A stretch of 64,000 bases of DNA, taken from Eledone cirrhosa. Taxonomy: Eukaryota. Below are positions 55,565-64,000 of this stretch, one piece after another. The DNA lies in NCBI GenBank assembly GCA_964016885.1, contig CAXHJY010001528.1, positions 62,001-126,000 of the forward strand. The letters are read 5' to 3'. Positions within the stretch are counted from its first letter, which is position 1; the number at the start of each line of letters is the position of its first letter. The position numbers and the translations under genes were made by a program. The notes beneath the pieces are model-generated. The model did no database searches. It was not told the DNA's origin and saw only the letters and a list, made by a program, of their open reading frames with translations.

Positions 55565-58500
55565 CTCTATATGCTTGTGTGTGTGTGTGTGTAGATATAT
55601 ATATAAATATATATATACACATTTGGTATGAGAATGGGAGGTTAAAGATGTAGAGAAATTTTTGATTAATCTAACGAAAGGCTGTAGCAGAATAACAGGA
55701 AGTTGTAGAAAGAAGAGAAGTACTTTTCAACAGGCGTTTTTATTCGACGGCTCCCGAGTGCAACTAGAAATGAAATGTGCTTACACAGCACTACGAAATA
55801 TAAAGAAAACAGTAAGAAAATTAAGGCACCTATTAATTCATATAAAATCAACCCAAATAATGTGTTTGGATATATTTATTTTTATATATACACAGAGCTG
55901 TTAGATAATTGGATTCGCAATCGTGAGGTCGTGATTTCGATTCCCGGACCGGGCGATGCGTTATGTCCTTGAGCAAGACACTTTATTTCACGTTGCTCCT
56001 TCTGCCTGGATTTGCAACCGACAGATAGTATTAGCAATTAGAAAGACCAATGGAAACATTGTTTCCTCGGTCCGGTTTGACGACCTCCACCCAGCTCGTT
56101 GAGCGAATGAGGTCTGGGATCTTGTCGATCGACTGTCAATATATATGTCTGTAACATATACGCACAATGCATTTCCTATGTCAGTCATTTTCTCGGAAGT
56201 TCGCCGGTTTCCAATCATAAGGTTCTGGGTTCTCACCCTACATTTCTCCCTGTAAATAGTTATTTCTCCAAAGTCACTGATACATGGACCATTTAACGTA
56301 ATTTTCGGGAAGATTCAGCATGATACAGTATGTGACAGGGATGTCCATTTGACGGGCTTCCATAAAATTTCCGTCAACCTAATTTCACACACAAGGCATG
56401 GGTTGAACCGATGCTATTTTAAGTACTACTTACCCAAGATGCTACACAGAGAGTACGAACTTAGGACCTAATGAATACGAAGTGAGCCTCTTAACCATTC
56501 GGTCATGTTGTGTCCTCAGCAATAGAGTTTACTCTGCTAAAGACACCAAAGTACCGGGTTGTGGTGTTTAACCGTGCAACGAATTAAGTTTAATATTCAA
56601 GAAACCGGTCGACGGATTAAGTCCACCAGCTACTTTTGCATACCAGTGACTACATTGTCCAATGTGTGTGTGTTCATGATGTAAAAGGGATTTCATGATG
56701 TAAAAGGGATTTACTGCTATTTCTAGCAGGCCAAGCAACCACTTTTAAAAAAAAAAACAGTTGAAATCACGCCCCCTCATCTCACTTTTAACCCGTTATG
56801 CCTTCCCTTCCTCAGGACGTGGTGGCAGTTTTTAGTCTTTGAGTTTGCGAACCCGTGGTCTTTATCATCCAGCAAGTTTTATTCTACTGTTATAAAAAGT
56901 CTGTACCAAGCCGGTAGACTCACCAGGCGGCTGTAGTTTATTCAGATTTTACATGCCTTAAGCGACAAAGTGAAAAAATCTCTTTCCCACCTCCGTCCTG
57001 GACAGGTCGCCAGTCCATTGCAGGATTAACTCCCCAGTTACTGCTGGTACTCATCTTTTGCAGATTTGACAGGAGCAACAGCGTTGCCCAGTCGAAAGCC
57101 TAAGCTTGTATTTTCTCCCTATATGTCTATTTAGACCACTCTATGAAACCCTGATCAACAGCCAGGATTTGCCTAGTCGGGGGCCTTTTGTGGGCCTCTA
57201 AGCTTGTACATTCTCCCTCGAGATCTACTTTGACCACTGAGCGAAGCCCTGGTCTATAACCAGGACCTGCCCAGTTGAGGGCCTCTTGTAGACCTCGAAG
57301 CTTGTACATACTCTCTAGAGGTTTATTTAGACATCTTAGCGAAGCCCTGGTCTATTAAACCACGATCGAAATGTCAGATCTCGCAGATTCATATTGTCAG
57401 GTGATGACCTTGCGATGCTTGTCATTCAGTGGTTGTAATAGCTAACCTGTTTCTCCACTCCACACTCCTGAAATAACGTTTAAAATTACACACACACGTT
57501 CACATAGTTTCACACTCACATAAATACGTATACGCAAACACACTCACATAAAGATACACATACACGTAGACATGTAATATATACACACACGCACGCACGA
57601 ACATAGATGTACACAGGCACACAAACATACACATTCACACAAAAGTTACACATCACATCACCTCTCTCTCTCATACACATTCACACACACATACATATAT
57701 ATATAAACACACACTAAACATCCATGTATTAATGTATTGTAGACATAGGTATGAGAAAATACAGGTCATTACGTATACCGTGTGGTTAAATGCACTCAAT
57801 GACTTTTTTGTTTGCGAAAAGGCAGCAATTATAATTTGTATATTTATATTAATGAATTAATGATCAGAGGTGTTGGAAAGAAGAGAGATATGTGAGAGAG
57901 TAGGGAGAAGTGGTGGACTTTTTTTTATGAATGTCGTGTCGTTGACGTGTTTACGCAAATTTACCAAGTGACAGTGTTTTGTTTTGTTATTGTTTTTTTT
58001 TTAGACAAAAAATTGTTTTCAACTAATAATGTCAGCATTGTTTGTGATGTAAGGCCTCAAAGCGTCTGATATTCTAAAACTCTAAAGTCTATTTCGAGCA
58101 CGGAGATTCATCAGACAGGTGCTGGCGTGAAGCGACTGAGAGTACAAGACTTTCCCACGGACAGGACGCCAATCATTCTCAGAGTTAAGGTCTGTCTCGA
58201 GCCCGGATATTTATCAGGCCGGTACTTATTCCCAGTTTCCATGGCGTGAAGCGATTGAGAGTACAAAACTTTCCTCTGGACAGGACACCTGTCCATTTCA
58301 GGTTAAAGTCTGTCTCGAGCACGAAGGCTTATCAAGCTGGTGCTTATCCCGGTTTCCGTGGCGCGAAGCGACTGGGAGTACAAGACTCCCCGCTGGATAT
58401 GACGCCTGTCCATTGCAGGGTTAACTCCCCCACCCACCCCACCAACTATTGCTGGTAGATATTTTCAGCTGAGTATACTGGAACAACGTGAAAGGAAGTG

Positions 58501-58943
58501 TTTTTCTTAAGAACACAACACAGAACCCAGTCCATCAATCGAACTCATGACATGCTCGTAAGTCCAACGCCTTACCACTAAGCATCGCTGTGATGTCATC
58601 GTATTTGGACGCAGCGTGACAGAATGGTTAAGAAAGTTTGCTTCACAATCATAAAGTTCTGAGCATTTTGAACAAGTGTTATTTACTATAGCCTTCGGGT
58701 CAACCCAAGCCTTGTTAATGAAATTGGGTAGACGGAAGCTGTTTGGAAGCCCGTCAGATGAACTGTACAGTAGGTGTAAGTAAAAAGACTAGCCTTGTCA
58801 CATGCAGTGCTATGCCGAATCTCCCTGATAATTACGTTATAGTACACGTGTCTTCGGAATGCTCGAATGGTCGATGAACTAGATAGAACATTCATTGTTG
58901 TAATCTATGGAGGACGATTCTACAATGTTAAATCGTTTTAGAT

Positions 58944-59220
58944 CAGGCATGGGCAACCATTTTCGAACAGTGGGCCGCATAGGGTATGGCTAATAATATG
59001 ACGGGCCGTACTACTAAAATATTCGAACCAATTTTTATATTAGGCGTGCTAATGATTGATTTAGACCAGTCATGGACAAACTGCGACTCGTTTGGCTTTC
59101 TGAAAGACACGCCTAATTTCAAAATTGCTTTGAATGATGAGCCATGGTTTATGTGGTCCGCCTTATGATGAGCCACATCCTATGCGGCCCCATTGCTCGA
59201 AAATTGTTTCCCCTTGTCTG
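58944..59220. mobile_element. hAT (Charlie-like) MITE
   Basis: Imperfect TIRs of ~40 bp (caggcatgggcaaccattttcgaacagtgggccgcatagg). Degenerate flanks ttttagat / gattagac. Confidence 0.7.
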
Positions 59221-60064
59221 GATTAGACCGATAGGCTTTACTTTGGATTATCTAAAATAATGTAAGAGGTCATGAAAAAAGAAGTTTCCTATGGGATTTT
59301 CAAGTAAAGTAAAACATTTCCTCATCATATTCTAAAGCTTCTATTTTAATATCTTATCATTTTATGAAACTATGATTATTTACTTTTCATAATGTAATTT
59401 TTTATATGTGGAGAAATATATTCTTTTATCATGTTTAAAGGTTCTTTATACGTATTTCAGCAATATTTGAAGATTGTATCGTAAACAAAGGGTGGTTGGA
59501 ACCTACTGGTTTAGCCCTCCAGTTCTACTCTGATTGCGTATGCGTATAACCAAAGGCGTTTTCATATATCAGGGTCTACATTGTCCAATGTGTGTCTTTA
59601 GAGTGTAATTAAAGGGATTTTACTGCTATTTCAAGCAGGCCAAGCGACCGTGTATATTATGGACTACATTTTCCAATGTGCATTTTTAGAGTGTATTTTG
59701 AAAGGATTTTACTGTTATTTTTAGCAGACTGAGCGACCGAGTATATTAGAGACTACATTGTCCAATGTATGTATTTAAACCAACCGTATCCAGCCAGAAT
59801 TCTCTCATCTCTTTCTATTCAAACCGGCTGTAACCGGCCGCTCATATTAACATTAAGGTATTGTTCTCAAAATAAATAACATCAAAGGTAAAGCCTTTAC
59901 TACGAAAATACAATAGTAAATATAGGAGTAATGTAAATGCTAAAGGGTTTAAGACATTTTACTGCCATAGTTGAAAAACTGGCAGTTTCATTGATCGTTG
60001 TTAGCTTTATTTTTTTTATGTCGACTTTTCGTCGTTCGAACCACCTGTCGTGTCCATATTAGCC

Positions 60065-60259
60065 CAGCATTTCTCAACCGGTGTTCTCCGGAACCTTAGG
60101 ATTCAGCAAGAGGTTGCTAGGGGTTCCATGAGAAACCGATAAATAAGCTAAAAGAGATAGATATTAGTAATGATATATAATAATATTTATGAAGGGGTTC
60201 CCTGAGGCATGAAAACTATTTCAAAGGTTCTACAAGGGTAAAAATGTTGAGAAACGCTG
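60065..60259. mobile_element. hAT (Charlie-like) MITE
   Basis: TIR cagcatttctcaac / gttgagaaacgctg with internal ggggttcc motifs. Confidence 0.65.
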
Positions 60260-60881
60260 ATCTAGTCTATTCTGTTTTCAATAGAAATATTGCTGGATTA
60301 AATTATCTGTGTCCTTGATTTTTAAAGACGTTGACCCAGACTTTGTCCAGCTTCCGTCCTTGTTTTCTTCCTGAATCCAGTTCCATGGCAATTATTGAAT
60401 TGGCAATATCGGTAGATCGTCGGACATATAGTTACGGCTCTTTACGTTCTGAGTTCAAATCGCGATGAAGTTAGTTTTGCCTTTCATCCGTACGGGATCG
60501 ATAAAATAAAGCACCAATAATGCGTTGGAGTCGATTTAATCGAATTTTCTCCTCCTCGTAAAATTGCCGGCCTTATGTCAAAAGTAGAAACAATGATTTT
60601 TCTTTATCGTTCCCGGTGCTGACAAAAGTTTGAGGAATATTTGACTGCTGTTTCTAGTTAGTTTAGTGACTGTGAAGAGGTTCCCTCGTTGGTACAATTG
60701 AAGAACATAGCCGTCTACTTAAATGACTGTATAAATGTATAAATGCATGTATATGTGTATCAACATTAGTACGCATTTCAATATGTATGTATGCATATAT
60801 ATATATATATATATATATAATGTGTTTGTATGTATGTATATATATGTGTGAACGTATATATTATATTCATGTATATATATA

Positions 60882-61040
60882 AAGGTAAAATTCCGTTATA
60901 ACGAATTTTTCAGTATAACGAAATTTGTTCAATTCCCTGCCACACACTTGATGTGTTAGGTCGATCTCGTTATAAAGAATTTTTCGTTACAACGAATTTT
61001 TTTATACCCCGTGAATTTCGTTATAAAGGAATTTCACTGT
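60882..61040. mobile_element. pogo/Tigger-like MITE in TA context
   Basis: Inverted termini gtaaaattccgttataacgaa / ttcgttataaaggaatttcactg with internal ttataacgaa repeats. Confidence 0.6.
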
Positions 61041-61283
61041 ATATATATATATATATGTGTGTGTGTTTGTGTAAGTCTTCTTGGTTGTCCATCGTAAACG
61101 ATGTAAGTAATGCATGCTTGTATATATATATATATATACATGTGTGCATATACGGAAGTATTATATGCAAGCATGCATATATTTATGATTGTGTATATAT
61201 ATATATGTATATATATATATATAATTCAGAATATCCCGTTAAGGGTGAAAGCAGCGATTCTTTGCTTAAATTTTAATCTGTTA

Positions 61284-61321
<38 letters not shown>

Positions 61322-62924
61322 ACCACGTATGAATCATTGTAGCTGTATAGGTGTATACTGTATGCTTATATCAGTAGACTGGGGGGGATTTAGTAAACCA
61401 CATACATCCCAGGCTTTCTTTCTCTCTCTCTCCTTATATCTTTATATGGCTTCAGAATTCCTATAGTTCCTATAACTGAGTAAAGAGCCTCATCTCGCCC
61501 CCACCTCCTCTTCTCCATCCTCTTCCTCTTCTTCCAACCTATATCCTCTATCATAAATCTAGCCAAGGATGAAGTAAGCTATAAGGAAATGAACTGAAAG
61601 GGAAATAAATTTCCTCCAAACGCCCACTCTTCCTCTTTACATACACACACATGTGTGTATATATATATATATATAAATATGCGTGCATGCATATATATAT
61701 ATGTACACATATATACGTATATGTGTGTGCAGGGGAAAGCGGACGTAAAATGATGATGATATATATATATATAGAGAGAGAGAGATAGATAGATATACAG
61801 ACTTTTATAAACTCACACCCAAAGGCAGTGAATTGCTAGAATCGTTAGAGCATCGAAAAAAAAAATGCTTTTCGGTATTTATTCCAGCTCTTAACGATCT
61901 TAGTTCAAATCAAGTCGAAGTCATCTTTACCTTGGGCAAGTTTCTTTACCATATTCTCAGGTTGTGCCAATCCCTCTTTGTAAAACTTTGTGGAAGTCAC
62001 TCGGATCGATTGTACCTGTAATTCAAAGGTTCAGCTTTTATCAAGCCTTCTGACACTAAGGGTCTTTGGAGGCTTAACCTCCTCCAATAATGTGTTGGTT
62101 AAAAAATTATGTATTACTATTCAAATATGTAATGATCATGTTTTTAATTTCTTTCTTAGTCTTAGATTGGTGATAAAAAAGCGTGAGCTAATAATAATAC
62201 ACATGTTCAGAATCATCATCATCACCGTTTTATGTCAAATTTTTCCACGCTAGAATGGGTTAGACGGATTGTCCTGTTGTGGGCAATGCTAGGTCAGGTG
62301 ACCATATCTTGCACATACAGAACTGATTTTGGCTTAGTTTCTACAGCTGGATGCCCTTCCTAACACCAACCTCATTTACAGTGCGTACGGGGTGCTTTTT
62401 TGTTGTGTCACCAGCATGACCACTTTACAGTGTGGACTGCGTGCTTTCTGTCAGGACACCTACACGACCACTTTACAGTGTGGACTGGGTGCTTTCTGTC
62501 ATGACACCTACACGACCACTTTACTGTGTGGGTTAAGCGTTTTTTGCCATATATATACTTAAGCCCCTCCAATCCCAAAACTGTAACAGAAGCTCTGTTT
62601 ATTATATATTGGGTTATGCTGATTCTGTCTGACACCTTTATGTTAAGGGTACACATGTGGAATACTTAACCACATTAATTCATGAGTCAGACATTCAGTT
62701 TGATCAAAAGACTGAATATTCATTCTCCATCGAAACCCACAGATGTTCCATCAAGTAAAGTCCATCAGACAGAAGGGACACCCCAAACAGTTTCCATGTA
62801 GAAGATTCCGAGATTGCTGCTGCTGTTTTTGATGATGTTTAACCCTAAGACAACCTATGATCAATAGCTTTCCAACCATTTCATTAAAATACCTCTTTGA
62901 TTCCATCAGGAGTGAAGGGTCTCT

Positions 62925-63345
62925 CATCATCATCAGTCGCTTGACTTCTGTAGTCATCGGAGATGGGGGAGGGGATCCTACTGCAGAAGCAGCACACAAT
63001 CAAAATAGTCTATCAATAGCAACCGTCAACAAATCTGGTGTCATCAGTTGTGTCCATTCTTTGACAGCAGTTTTTGCATTGGCATCCCCATCCTGCGTCC
63101 ACCTTCAATGGTGCCTTGCATGATGATCTTGCACCAGCTTTCATGTCGTGTGACATGGCCAAACCACGTCAGTTTCCTCTTCTTGACAGTGGCAAGGAGA
63201 GGTTCCTAGTGACCCACAAAACCTTTAACCTTACTCCGCCTGTATCCATAAGTTTTAAATTCCCAATAGGAAAAACGAAGGAGTTTTCTCATGCATCTGT
63301 CCTCAAACGCCTGGATTCTTCTCTCTGTTTCTGCCAAAAGTTTCC
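62925..63345 (-). mobile_element. Degenerate RTE-clade LINE 3' fragment
   Basis: Minus strand gives RIQAFEDRCMRKLL and LLATVKKRKLTWFGHVTRHESWCKIIMQGTIEGGRR with disruptions, and ends in (GAT)n. Confidence 0.75.
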
Positions 63346-64000
63346 ATACATACATGTATACAATCTAACACTAGACATGTCTTTATATTAAAGGTGAAGG
63401 GAGGATTTTGCAGAGGTATTGTGGCAGTGATAGAGTAAAAATAGTTAAGATCTGGTGATCTTTTTTTTTCCAGTTGTTGTAGCAGTGTATAGAGAAGAAA
63501 TAGTTAAGAATTACTGAACTAATATATACTTCAGGGTTTTTTCTTCTCCTCACACAATGGCAGGTGTAATGTAAAAGTGAATTAGTTACTATTTTAAGCT
63601 AGGAGAGCAACCATGTGGGTGTTTGCTGTTTGGTCCCTTGCATTGGTAGAGATGAATATGAAAAGCATTCTTTCATTTTAAGTCTCTTTTTAAGTACCAC
63701 AGAAATTCAGCAATCTCTGGGAATCACTGTACATTATGAAATACATTAAACATTAGAATTGGTAGAGTGTTAGACAACATGCTTTGTGGCATATAATTAC
63801 GAACCTTTACGTTCTGAGTTCAAATCCTGCCGAGGTTAGCTTTGCCTTTCATCTTTACGAGGATGATAAAATAAAGTATCAGTAATGTACTGGATCAATT
63901 TAATCAACTTTCCCCTTCCCCTTGAAATTGTTGGCCTTGTACCAAAAGTAGACACAATCATTATCCAACTTAATTACATTTGACATTCATTTATAAACAT

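Overview
Eukaryotic, AT-rich, microsatellite-saturated animal DNA. The repeat content (tRNA-headed SINEs with Meta- and CORE-like middles, RTE/Tx1/CRE/R4 LINE debris, dense TA/CA tracts) suggests an octopus or other cephalopod genome; this is inference. Almost all ORFs in the supplied track are microsatellite artefacts. Two real spliced genes could be assembled by hand with phase-compatible GT-AG junctions. (1) Minus strand, 5816 to at least 754 and running off the left edge: a type II membrane protein with a CBM9-like (DOMON-type) domain, including 23-nt and 32-nt micro-exons. (2) Plus strand, 13561-18724: a complete 5-coding-exon gene for a 294-aa secreted protein with a PAN/Apple-like domain and an uncharacterised C-terminal domain. 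No gene was recognised in the remaining ~45 kb, which is transposon debris. The most striking unexplained signal is a set of short inserts in (TA)n or (CA)n tracts that look like Penelope-like element (PLE) termini. Several carry fold-back inverted repeats or minimal hammerhead ribozyme motifs. At least five otherwise dissimilar families share a bulged hairpin, ACTC-T[stem]A-TN(N)-GAGT-RCY, whose stem covaries and which sits a few nucleotides past the inverted-repeat/tail boundary wherever that boundary is visible.
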